Origin: Dehalococcoidia bacterium
GTDB taxonomy: Bacteria; Chloroflexota; Dehalococcoidia; SM23-28-2; WHTN01
Direction: 5' to 3'
NCBI GenBank assembly: GCA_009377715.1
Contig: WHTN01000004.1
Coordinates: forward strand, 4,753-68,752
DNA: 64,000 bases
The position numbers and the translations under genes are program-made. The stretch's first letter is position 1, and every line of letters begins with the position of its first letter. The notes under the pieces are model-generated. The model saw nothing but the letters and a program-made list of their open reading frames with translations. It did no database searches and was not told the DNA's origin. Shown one piece after another: positions 8,820 through 16,970 of the stretch.

Positions 8820-10664
8820 ATGAGTCGCATACCTCCTCCTCGCCGTCCCCGCCCCTCGCTTGCAAGGGGGGGAGCAGTCGAACGCCGCCACGAAAGTGGA
8901 GATCCGGTCCCTTTTATAATCGGCGGCGTAATAGTTTTTCTGGCTATCTTGATCTTAGTCCTGTTTCTGCCGCCGTTCTCACTACTCGGGGATGGCGGAG
9001 ACGACGATGGCGACCAGGTATCGACCTCTTCCGGTCTTACATTCAACACCAGCGAGCAACTGCCTGCGTTACCGGATAACCTTGTTGCCGTCAGCCCGCA
9101 CTTATCGGATATCAGGGTGCCCTCCAATCTAACTGATGGGCAGGTCCTCATCAGGATCCGGCTAACCCGTCCCGTCCAGGACGCTTCCAACATCGGCTTC
9201 TATACGTTCGAAGATAACCAGTGGAGCCGTATAGGCGGGGCGTCCCTATCCGAGGACAGACGTGAGGCGCTAGCAGAGTTCGACGAAGTCCCGTCAAACC
9301 TCGCCGTGTTGCAGCTTTCCGGCGCGGCTTTGCAAGTTACTGCCTGGCTGCCCCAGGGCGCAACAGTTAAACAAGAGGCGCAAAGCGTAATAAACGTATT
9401 AAACCCTCTTGGCCTCACTCCAAGAAGCGATGGCAGCGTCTCCGGCAACCTCGGCCAGTTACCCGCTGGATCTTTCCAAGTCCAGCCGGCCCTCCGAGCC
9501 ATCGATGGTGAGGCGGCAAGCGCCGTAACTGCAATACTATCGAATTCAGGGGCGACCCAGCAGCATATCGAGGCGATAGCGAATATCGCCCGACAAGGCG
9601 ACTATAGCGGCATCGATATCGATTACCGCTCTCTCGAAGTAGTGGAGAGACAACAGTTCACCGACTTCATAACGCGACTAGCGCAGCGACTCCACGACGA
9701 TGGCCGCTCCCTAAGCGTGACGCTGCCGCTGCCACAACGGCAAGGCGATATGTGGCGGACCGGCGCCTACGACTGGCCAGCGATAGGCCAAGCCGCGGAT
9801 GTCGTCAAAATCGTGTCCGAACAAGACCAGTCGATCTACAGATCGGTCATGACGGATGTTCTGACCTTCGCTACGGGCGAAGTCCCTGCGAGCAAACTGT
9901 TCCTGATACTGAGCCCCTTCAGCCACGAACGCACCCCCAACGGGATACGTTCGCTTTCGTTCGTCGAAGCTCTCGGCACGGCAACCGTAATGAGCGTAAG
10001 AAGCCCGATGGGCCCGATAAGCACCGGCACGCGCGTTACCGTAACCGGCGATAACATCTATCGCCCAGACGGTGCAACTGGCATCCGTTGGGACGAGGAC
10101 GCCTCTATAGTAAGCTTCTCTTTCCGCTCAAATAACGAGGAGCACACCATCTGGGTCGAGAACTCGTTCAGCATCGCGTTTAAACTCGATCTAGTCCGCT
10201 CCTTCGGGCTGGGCGGGGTAGCGATCGAAGATGCTTCCGACAGTGCAGGAGGCGCCGATATATGGTCGACCGTGGCTAATTCGGTAGCGGGCAGTCTAAC
10301 TCTCGCCAGGCCACACCCGGACAACCTGAGGGCAACGTGGGAAGCCGAACAGGGCGCTATAGAGGCAGGGACCAGCGGGCAAGCAGCAACATGGACTGCC
10401 CCGGACCGTGCCGGAACATATCAGGTCGCCCTTATCGTCGGCGACGGCGTTGCCAGGGTCGGGCGAAGGCTCGATCTTCAGGTGGGCGGTGGCGCGAGCA
10501 CGCCCGCTCCCACAACGGCCGCTACGCCCGTATCGACCGTAGCACCGACTACAATCGCGACGGCTACTCCCGTGCCCACCGCCGAGCTAACGATCGAACC
10601 TACAGCGACGCCTGAACCGACGCCAGAGCCTACCCCTTCACCAACGCCAACCCCTACACCGTAA
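8820..10664 (+). CDS. membrane-anchored GH18-like (chitinase-fold) domain protein with Ig-like segment and Pro/Thr-rich C-terminal tail
   Basis: TM helix IIGGVIVFLAILILVLFL; GH18-like ..YSGIDIDYRSLE.. with Arg where the DxxDxDxE catalytic Glu sits; GLGGV motif; PT-rich tail at ~10490-10661. Confidence 0.7.
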   Translation: MSRIPPPRRPRPSLARGGAVERRHESGDPVPFIIGGVIVFLAILILVLFLPPFSLLGDGGDDDGDQVSTSSGLTFNTSEQLPALPDNLVAVSPHLSDIRVPSNLTDGQVLIRIRLTRPVQDASNIGFYTFEDNQWSRIGGASLSEDRREALAEFDEVPSNLAVLQLSGAALQVTAWLPQGATVKQEAQSVINVLNPLGLTPRSDGSVSGNLGQLPAGSFQVQPALRAIDGEAASAVTAILSNSGATQQHIEAIANIARQGDYSGIDIDYRSLEVVERQQFTDFITRLAQRLHDDGRSLSVTLPLPQRQGDMWRTGAYDWPAIGQAADVVKIVSEQDQSIYRSVMTDVLTFATGEVPASKLFLILSPFSHERTPNGIRSLSFVEALGTATVMSVRSPMGPISTGTRVTVTGDNIYRPDGATGIRWDEDASIVSFSFRSNNEEHTIWVENSFSIAFKLDLVRSFGLGGVAIEDASDSAGGADIWSTVANSVAGSLTLARPHPDNLRATWEAEQGAIEAGTSGQAATWTAPDRAGTYQVALIVGDGVARVGRRLDLQVGGGASTPAPTTAATPVSTVAPTTIATATPVPTAELTIEPTATPEPTPEPTPSPTPTPTP

Positions 10665-10676
10665 CGAATCTTCGAC

Positions 10677-11234
10677 ATGCGGGTTATTGCTGGCACTGCG
10701 AAGGGCCTCCCCCTCAAGGCCCCAAAGGGCAGCGGTCTGCGGCCAACGTCGGACAAGGTCCGCGGCGCTCTCTTCTCTATCCTAACGTCAGCCGGTGTCG
10801 ATCTCGATAGGATACTAGATCTATACGCTGGAACCGGCGCCTTGGGCATTGAAGCTTTAAGCCGCGGCGCCGAACATTGCGATTTTGTCGAGCCGAATAC
10901 GGCTGCTTGCGCTGCGATTCGCGACAACCTTAGTCGCACTGGTTTCGCTGATAAGGCAAGCGTTCATTGCAATTCCATGCAAGTCGCCCAGAGGCGGCTG
11001 TTAGGGCCGTACACGCTCATTATGGCTGACCCACCTTACGATGATATGATGGCTGTTGATACGGTGTTAGGACTGGCATCATCGCTCTTGCGTGACGGCG
11101 GTTCGATGCTCGTGCTGGAGCACTCATCGCGGCATGAGCCACCCGAACTTGTGGAACGGCTCATGCAAACACTCAGCCGTCGCTACGGCGATACAGCGGT
11201 CTCTATATACAAACCGGCAGGAGGCGAAGATTGA
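10677..11234 (+). CDS. rsmD: 16S rRNA (guanine966-N2)-methyltransferase RsmD
   Basis: SAM motif LDLYAGTGALGIEALSRGA and DPPY motif; rsmD-coaD synteny. Confidence 0.9.
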   Translation: MRVIAGTAKGLPLKAPKGSGLRPTSDKVRGALFSILTSAGVDLDRILDLYAGTGALGIEALSRGAEHCDFVEPNTAACAAIRDNLSRTGFADKASVHCNSMQVAQRRLLGPYTLIMADPPYDDMMAVDTVLGLASSLLRDGGSMLVLEHSSRHEPPELVERLMQTLSRRYGDTAVSIYKPAGGED

Positions 11235-11719
11235 CCACGGCGATCTATCCGGGTCGTTTTGATCCCGTAACCAACGGTCACTTGGACATCGTCCAACGTG
11301 CGACAGCGCTATTCGACAAAATCATCGTGGCTGTTTATGAACTCCCCGCGGAGGTCGGCCTATTTTCCACGGAAGAGCGCGTCGCCTTATTCCAACAAGC
11401 AGTCGCTGATTTGGATAATGTCGAGGTAGCATCGTTTAGCGGTCTCGTGGTAGAATTCGCTCGCCGCCAGCAGGCTAAAGTAATGGTTCGAGGCATTCGC
11501 GCCGTAACAGACTTCGAAAATGAGTTCAGTATGGCGATGATGAACCATAAAATGGCTCCAGAGGTAGAGTCTGTGTACCTGATGACTCGTTCGGAGCACC
11601 TTTTTATCAGCGGTAGCCGTATTCGCGAAGTGGCGATGCTGGGCTATGACGTTCATGGAATGGTGCCAGAGCATGTAACCGAAGCGTTGCGTAAGAAGTT
11701 CGAGCGCGGACGGTCCTAG
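11231..11719 (+). CDS. coaD: phosphopantetheine adenylyltransferase
   Basis: MTTAIYPGRFDPVTNGHLD nucleotidyltransferase motif; 4-nt overlap with rsmD. Confidence 0.95.
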   Translation: MTTAIYPGRFDPVTNGHLDIVQRATALFDKIIVAVYELPAEVGLFSTEERVALFQQAVADLDNVEVASFSGLVVEFARRQQAKVMVRGIRAVTDFENEFSMAMMNHKMAPEVESVYLMTRSEHLFISGSRIREVAMLGYDVHGMVPEHVTEALRKKFERGRS

Positions 11720-11809
11720 GAGTATCCGGCAATCGACATACTGCACCTCATTGATAGGCTTGAAGAGTTAGTAGCGGAAGGCCGTAAGCTACCGCTTCGC
11801 GGTGGACTC

Positions 11810-12247
11810 ATGGTAGACCGCCAGCGCCTGCTTGATCTGATCGATCAACTACGAATATCCGTCCCCGCCGATATTCACGAAGCGCAGAAAATCATGCATT
11901 CACAGGACCAGATACTGGCACAGGCCCGCAAAGACTCGGAGGAGATACTCAGCCGTACAGACAGCGAACGAAACCGACAGCTCCAGGAGCACGAGCTGAC
12001 CCGACAAGCGGAGGACAACGCTCAGAGGATCATCGACGAAGCGAACGAACGGGCCAGAGAGCTAGTGAAAGATGCGGAGACTCAGGCGCGTGCCCGGCTC
12101 GACGAATCGATGACGACTGCACAGCAGCAGATGAGCGAGGCCGACCTCTACGCTTTGCAATCGCTCCGCCGGCTGGAAGGCCAGATCGAGAACTTTCTCA
12201 CTACCATCCGCCGCGGCATCGACACCTTCGAAGGCAAGCGGCGATAG
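11810..12247 (+). CDS. hypothetical coiled-coil protein (ATP-synthase-b-like charged helix)
   Basis: 145-aa highly charged, Q/E/R-rich helical ORF; no specific family recognised. Confidence 0.55.
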   Translation: MVDRQRLLDLIDQLRISVPADIHEAQKIMHSQDQILAQARKDSEEILSRTDSERNRQLQEHELTRQAEDNAQRIIDEANERARELVKDAETQARARLDESMTTAQQQMSEADLYALQSLRRLEGQIENFLTTIRRGIDTFEGKRR

Positions 12248-12254
12248 CCTTACG

Positions 12255-13200
12255 TCAATTTAAGAAGTTTATAGCTCTTTGAGCTAGACACCCCTCATCG
12301 CATCCACATGTCGAAGTTCTGCGTTGCTCTAAGCGACACTGGCCTAAAAACGGCGATAACTCTAGTACTTCTCCCAGAGACTTACGAAACACGTTATCGT
12401 AATCAGACTCAGAAGGCCTCGGCTCAACGTTGTGACAAGGACTAATCCAACCGTCCCATCGCACCACAAGCTCTTTAGCGATCGCCACGCATTTGTTCGG
12501 CTCACGATAGCGAGCAAGTGTCGCCTCTCCAAGTCGAACGCGAACATGAGCTTTATCACCGATCATATCGATATGCTCTCTGAGTAGCTCGAAAGGCACA
12601 AAAAAGGCTGTCTCCCTTGGTAGCTGCTCTGCCTTGCGGCACACTCGTCAATATGCGTAGTTCATGAATTCCCAATTCATCGCAAAGAGTTGCTGCTTGG
12701 AGTAGATCAGTCAAGTTGCCGGGGTATGCGAAGAAGGTACACGTAACATTGATTCCAGCCTTGACCATATTTTTAACTGCGAGACATGTCGCTTCAAAAC
12801 TCCCTTGTATCCGAGTTAATGCATCGTGACGAGCAGCCAGCCCAGAATGAAGAGATACACGGCACAGATCGACCCAATTCTTCATCTCAAGCGCTCTTGA
12901 GGAGTCAATCGGAACCAGCCGATATGACGAGTCGAAAAGGACACCCATTGAGAACAATATGGTATTTAACCCGCAGACCTTTGAGCACTCTAGAATTGAG
13001 TGTAGTGATTCATGAAGCAACGGTTCGCCACCTGTAACGATTAGGCTTTGCCCACCTTGGTCTTTAAATTCCTTAATGAGTTTGCAGGCAACGGTATGAT
13101 CCATTTTCTGAGTTCTGCGTAACCCGGCTGATACAGAGCAGTGCCCGCACGCTAATGGACACTGCTGCGTAATCTCCAACCGTAAAGTATCAATTGTGTA
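12255..13200 (-). pseudogene. radical SAM / SPASM-domain enzyme, frame-disrupted (ORF-track pieces 12556..13257 and 12255..12644)
   Basis: CPLACGHC (CxxxCxxC) and TGGEPLL in N-terminal piece; Cys-rich twitch/SPASM-like C-terminus (WDGWISPCHNVEP...CGCDEGC) in another frame; shift within ~12600-12645 next to an A6 run at ~12600-12605; start trimmed to the internal Met. Confidence 0.7.
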
Positions 13201-13777
13201 CATCTGCGGTACTCGATAATAATTGGCGTATGGCAGTGATTGCTTCAAGCCTTGCATCTGTCGAAACTACGACCAATTCGCCAACTTGAAGATCGCACTC
13301 GCGTGCTACCAACCGCTGCAGTCTTGCGAGTCCCACGAAATTGCTATATGCCTTACTGTGGTAATGTTGACTGCGGTACGTTGCTGTCATTATGAGTTCA
13401 CCATCGCGCTGGTGAAATTGAATCGATGAGAGACATGGAAACCCTCTGTTCGCCGCAGCTGAAGTTGATGGCCTACCGAAAAGAATTGGCCGTGGATCGA
13501 CTCCACTTCGGCGCAACGAACGAATGATTCTTACAATTTGATTGACCTTGCCACTCCCGTCATAGTCAACCATTCGCACAAAATAATTGCGGCTATCCAT
13601 TTTCCTTATAAGGCGCTGCGCAGCCTTTTCCCAATTGCTTGCCTCGATCACGGAAATCGGCATTATAGTACGGGCTACGGCACGCATACTGTGTGAGGCG
13701 TCTAGCGATAAAGCCCGATCTATAAGGACACCGCGCTCATCCTCAAAAGACGAAGGTCTTTCTATGCTTACTACCAA
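13190..13777 (-). CDS. thymidylate-synthase-fold protein, 3' portion of a gene interrupted by the IS1595-family insertion
   Basis: alignable by eye to ThyA core: ..GFPCLSSIQFHQRDGELIMTATYRSQHY..SNF..ARECDLQVGELVVVSTD.. vs E. coli ..[46 protein letters not shown]..; begins at TTG 4 nt from the IS left end. Confidence 0.6.
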   Translation of the reverse strand: MVVSIERPSSFEDERGVLIDRALSLDASHSMRAVARTIMPISVIEASNWEKAAQRLIRKMDSRNYFVRMVDYDGSGKVNQIVRIIRSLRRSGVDPRPILFGRPSTSAAANRGFPCLSSIQFHQRDGELIMTATYRSQHYHSKAYSNFVGLARLQRLVARECDLQVGELVVVSTDARLEAITAIRQLLSSTADVHN

Positions 13778-13854
13778 ATTAGGGTAATAATCTAGTTGAC
13801 TCAGTAGAAAAGTCGCTCTATGATTGCTTTAATCTTATTAGCCTGTGGGAGATT

Positions 13855-14610
13855 ATGCAGTCATTTAGCGGTTTTGATTTGTTCGGTTTGGGGCAATTCA
13901 TCACCGCGCTAACGGAAGGGGAAGGGCAGCGCATAATCCCAGAAGACACGCGCCATCAGATGGAGCAGGCTGCGCGGCAGGCCCGGCGGACATGCATTCT
14001 TTGTGGTTTTCCCGCAACGGCTGCTGGACTCGCAAGACTAATTGCCGACCTGCAAGCTCCAATAACTGAGGAGCAGGTCACGATAGGAGGGAGGTATTGC
14101 TTCCAGGCTCTAACGGATGAAGCAGGCGCTAGATTATTTCTTTACATGGGCGAGAGTCGTAGGTATTACTATGAGTCCCCATCAGAAGGATGGAACGATG
14201 TGTTAGAGAAGTTTCCGTCAGCGCGGCTCGACATAGAGGAAGCCAGCAAATGTTACGCATTAGCCCGGTATACAGCTTCTGTGTTCCATTCGATGCGGAT
14301 ACTAGAGCCAGCGTTGAATGCGCTTGCTGGCGAGTTTGCTGTGTCTACGGATAGGGCAAACTGGCATAACATCCTAGATCAGGTCGTTGCCGCTATTGAA
14401 CAAAAGAGTAAGGCGCAAGGGGCTGGGTGGACAGACCAACAGTTCTATTCGGAGGCGGCTGTAGACCTACGTTTCTTCAAGGACGCGTGGCGCAATCACG
14501 TAATGCACGTACGAAAGACCTTTGATGAAGAAAGAGCGTTAGGTATTTACCAGCGGGTCCGCGACTTAATGAGGCACTTATCTACCAAACTAAGCGAGCC
14601 ACCCCTATGA
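13855..14610 (+). CDS. passenger gene of the IS: hypothetical protein with a possible HEPN-like R-x4-H motif (WRNHVMH)
   Basis: 251-aa ORF between IR-L and transposase; the single R-N-x3-H motif near the C-terminus is the only HEPN evidence. Confidence 0.5.
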   Translation: MQSFSGFDLFGLGQFITALTEGEGQRIIPEDTRHQMEQAARQARRTCILCGFPATAAGLARLIADLQAPITEEQVTIGGRYCFQALTDEAGARLFLYMGESRRYYYESPSEGWNDVLEKFPSARLDIEEASKCYALARYTASVFHSMRILEPALNALAGEFAVSTDRANWHNILDQVVAAIEQKSKAQGAGWTDQQFYSEAAVDLRFFKDAWRNHVMHVRKTFDEERALGIYQRVRDLMRHLSTKLSEPPL

Positions 14611-14759
14611 CTTGTCCCGCACCTCATCCTTCGGCTCTCGTATTGCTTCCTTCGGCACGCGGACTATCTTGCGCGTCAACCGCTCAAATCGTTCCCATGC
14701 CGTCTCCGGCGTGCCCTTCGGTTTCTTGGGGTCATTTGCCATGTTTCCCCCTTCCCTGT

Positions 14760-15719
14760 CTACGTTGGCGTCGTAGCGTCTCCTATAAGCTCTGCGTAGG
14801 TCAATCGCTTGCCTGTAATCCTCTTAGCGAGCCGCAGGAAGCGCTCGCCGTCGGTTGCCCTTCGACTGTTGAATCGAAAGGCTTCTTCATCAAGATAACG
14901 GAAAAGGTGGAACGGCTCTACGCTTACATAGGTGCCTTTGATAGCACGTTTCAAGAGGCTCCAGAAATTCTCAATGCCGTTGACGTGAATCCTGCCTTCG
15001 ACGTACTTCTCCGCGTGGTCAATAACACCATGAATATAATCCATCTTCAAGTCATCATAAGAGCGAAACGCGTCTGTAAAGACCTCAGCGCCTTCCTTAG
15101 CCTGACTGCGGACTTGCCCGCTCAGGGCATGGCGGCGACGATTCGCTACGATGGTAGTCCTGACGGTGCTGTGTCCGTCTGGCCCGTGACGCTCCAAAAG
15201 GCCCATGACTGCAACTTTGCCAGTGGCCCAGGTACCAGTAATCTTCTCCGCTCGCTTGTCCTTGTGCATGAAGCGGGCCTTGCCACCGATAAAGGTTTCA
15301 TCGACTTCGATGATGCCGTCCATCTTAGTGTAGTCATCGGACTGCATAGCGAGCCGTATGCGATGGAGCATAAACCAAGCGGTTGTTTGAGTCACGCCGA
15401 GAGCACGGGCCAATTCATAGGAGCTAATACCGTTCTTGTCGTTGGCAATAAGCCACAAGGAAGGAAGCCACCTGTCCAGACCGATAGGGCTGTCCTCAAA
15501 GATAGTCCCTACCTTGACCGAGAACTGCCGTTTGGCGTGCTTGTCCTTGCACTCCCACAGTTGGCGAGTAGAGATGTAACGCGCATCGGTTCGGCCACAA
15601 TTAGGGCACGCGATAACGCCATCGGGCCATCGCATCGCGAGCATAAACTTTTGACAAGTCTCAGGGTCAGAAAAGAACTTAATCGCTTCGAGAAGGGTTG
15701 CGGGCTGGCTGTTATTCAT
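14760..15719 (-). CDS. IS1595-family transposase (ISXO2-like, N-terminal zinc ribbon + DDE domain)
   Basis: 319-aa ORF; ..MRWPDGVIACPNCG.. zinc-ribbon and ISXO2-like DDE region. Confidence 0.9.
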   Translation of the reverse strand: MNNSQPATLLEAIKFFSDPETCQKFMLAMRWPDGVIACPNCGRTDARYISTRQLWECKDKHAKRQFSVKVGTIFEDSPIGLDRWLPSLWLIANDKNGISSYELARALGVTQTTAWFMLHRIRLAMQSDDYTKMDGIIEVDETFIGGKARFMHKDKRAEKITGTWATGKVAVMGLLERHGPDGHSTVRTTIVANRRRHALSGQVRSQAKEGAEVFTDAFRSYDDLKMDYIHGVIDHAEKYVEGRIHVNGIENFWSLLKRAIKGTYVSVEPFHLFRYLDEEAFRFNSRRATDGERFLRLAKRITGKRLTYAELIGDATTPT

Positions 15720-15784
15720 GGCTTTTACTCCTTACAGCCACATTATAACCCAGATAGCTTACTGAGTCAACTAGGTTATTACCC

Positions 15785-15945
15785 AAATTAGATACTCGAT
15801 GATCCTTGGTTTCGAGAAGACAGCTTATAGCTGTTTGCCACGCAGGCCATATATCTGTTTCCGGAATATACAAAGACTGTTCATGGTACAACCTCTTTAT
15901 CTGGTATAGCTTTGAAGGCGAGGCTATCTTGAAGGGCTGATTCAT
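15785..15945 (-). other. displaced 5' fragment of the ThyA-fold gene (in frame with 13777 once the IS and one AAATTA copy are removed)
   Basis: ORF 15712..15945 runs from ATG into IR-R; its frame is continuous with the TTG at 13777 across the insertion point; reconstructed product ~248 aa (ThyA is 264 aa). Confidence 0.45.
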
Positions 15946-16933
15946 CCATTCTTAGTCGTTTGGCCATCGACTGTGAAAGCACTCTGTAATAATTCAGTGG
16001 TGTCGTCTCCCCTTTGGGTGGCGTCATTTTTTTTAGGACTCTAACTGTTGAGTCATTAACTATACCCAGAGCACGCAGCCGGGCGAGTGCTGCTGCGTGG
16101 CTAATTCCATAAGAAGTTTCCATTTCAGCCAGGCTATCCAATATGAAACCTGATGCTAGATATGCTTGAATAGTTTGTCGGGGCAATAGAAGGGCTGAAG
16201 CGAAGACATCTGCTCGATATTCCATGTGCGAACGTGGGCCAGGGCGTTCCCAGCCCGCATCACAAACCGTTGTCCGTAATTCACGATCCATCAGGTAATG
16301 AGCTAATTCATGGGCAAGTGTAAAGCGCTGACGGGAACGCGGCTGGTTATAGTTGACGATTATTGAGGCAAACCTCTTCTCGTCTACGACCATACACCCT
16401 GCAACCCTGGACTTACTCGGAAAACGGGCCCCGAAGACGGCTAGGCCTAGGCGGGTTAAAAGGCCTGAAAAACCGCTTATTGGTTCATTTGGTGGGATAC
16501 CCAAATGTTTACGAATCCTGCGCGCTAGCAACTCACCGGCTTCTGTATCTGCACGAAGTGCTAAATTACGGGTTACATTCGGCGTCTCGCAGGAATCGGA
16601 GACTTGCGAAAGAGAATCATGCAAGGTAAGAAACCAAGATAAGACAGCTTGATCCTCGGGGCTAACAGGTCCAGACCGAAACCGGAAAAGATTGCTACGA
16701 CTGGCCTTTACCGATACAGTTGGTCGGGGCTTAAGTAACTCTACGACAGGACAATTTAATAGTTTGGAAATTACTGAAAGCTCGGAGGCAGTAACGCTAC
16801 GCGATCCTTGCTCAATTCGACTTATCGCAGATCTATCGACACCAAGCAACTCGGCGAGTTGTGCCTGGCTCAGGCTTTGACGATAGCGTGCTTCTTGGAT
16901 ATTGTATCCAATATCCTTATCCGAAACTCTCAT
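15881..16933 (-). CDS. fused XRE-family HTH + ImmA/IrrE-family zinc metallopeptidase (COG2856-like) regulator
   Basis: HTH ..LSQAQLAELLGVDRSAISRIEQG..; HEXXH as FTLAHELAHYLMD; start placed at internal Met (MRVSDKD) because upstream is AT-rich promoter-like DNA abutting the leuS stop. Confidence 0.8.
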   Translation of the reverse strand: MRVSDKDIGYNIQEARYRQSLSQAQLAELLGVDRSAISRIEQGSRSVTASELSVISKLLNCPVVELLKPRPTVSVKASRSNLFRFRSGPVSPEDQAVLSWFLTLHDSLSQVSDSCETPNVTRNLALRADTEAGELLARRIRKHLGIPPNEPISGFSGLLTRLGLAVFGARFPSKSRVAGCMVVDEKRFASIIVNYNQPRSRQRFTLAHELAHYLMDRELRTTVCDAGWERPGPRSHMEYRADVFASALLLPRQTIQAYLASGFILDSLAEMETSYGISHAAALARLRALGIVNDSTVRVLKKMTPPKGETTPLNYYRVLSQSMAKRLRMDESALQDSLAFKAIPDKEVVP

Positions 16934-16940
16934 TTCGGAT

Positions 16941-16970
16941 ATTATAGGCCGGTTATGATCATGGATGCAA
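16941..16970 (-). promoter_or_regulatory. candidate sigma70-type promoter for the XRE-ImmA gene (leaderless transcript)
   Basis: minus strand TTGCAT (16970-16965), 18-nt spacer, TATAAT (16946-16941), ATG 7 nt downstream. Confidence 0.35.

Larger units (their letters stand above)
13782..15784. mobile_element. IS1595-family (ISXO2-like transposase) element carrying one passenger gene
   Basis: 23-bp terminal IRs GGGTAATAATCTAGTTGACTCAG (13782-13804) and CTGAGTCAACTAGGTTATTACCC (15762-15784), 22/23 match; flanked by direct repeat AAATTA (13776-13781 / 15785-15790); contains transposase and a 251-aa ORF. Confidence 0.7.

Noticed and set aside
15712-15784. C-terminal 24 codons of ORF 15712..15945
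   Set aside because: This part is read-through into the IS inverted repeat. Only the 15785-15945 portion is interpreted, as the displaced 5' end of the ThyA-fold gene.
14607-15791. 394-aa plus-strand ORF
   Set aside because: It lies entirely antisense to the well-supported IS1595 transposase and the IS end. The product has no motifs, as expected for a GC-rich antisense frame.
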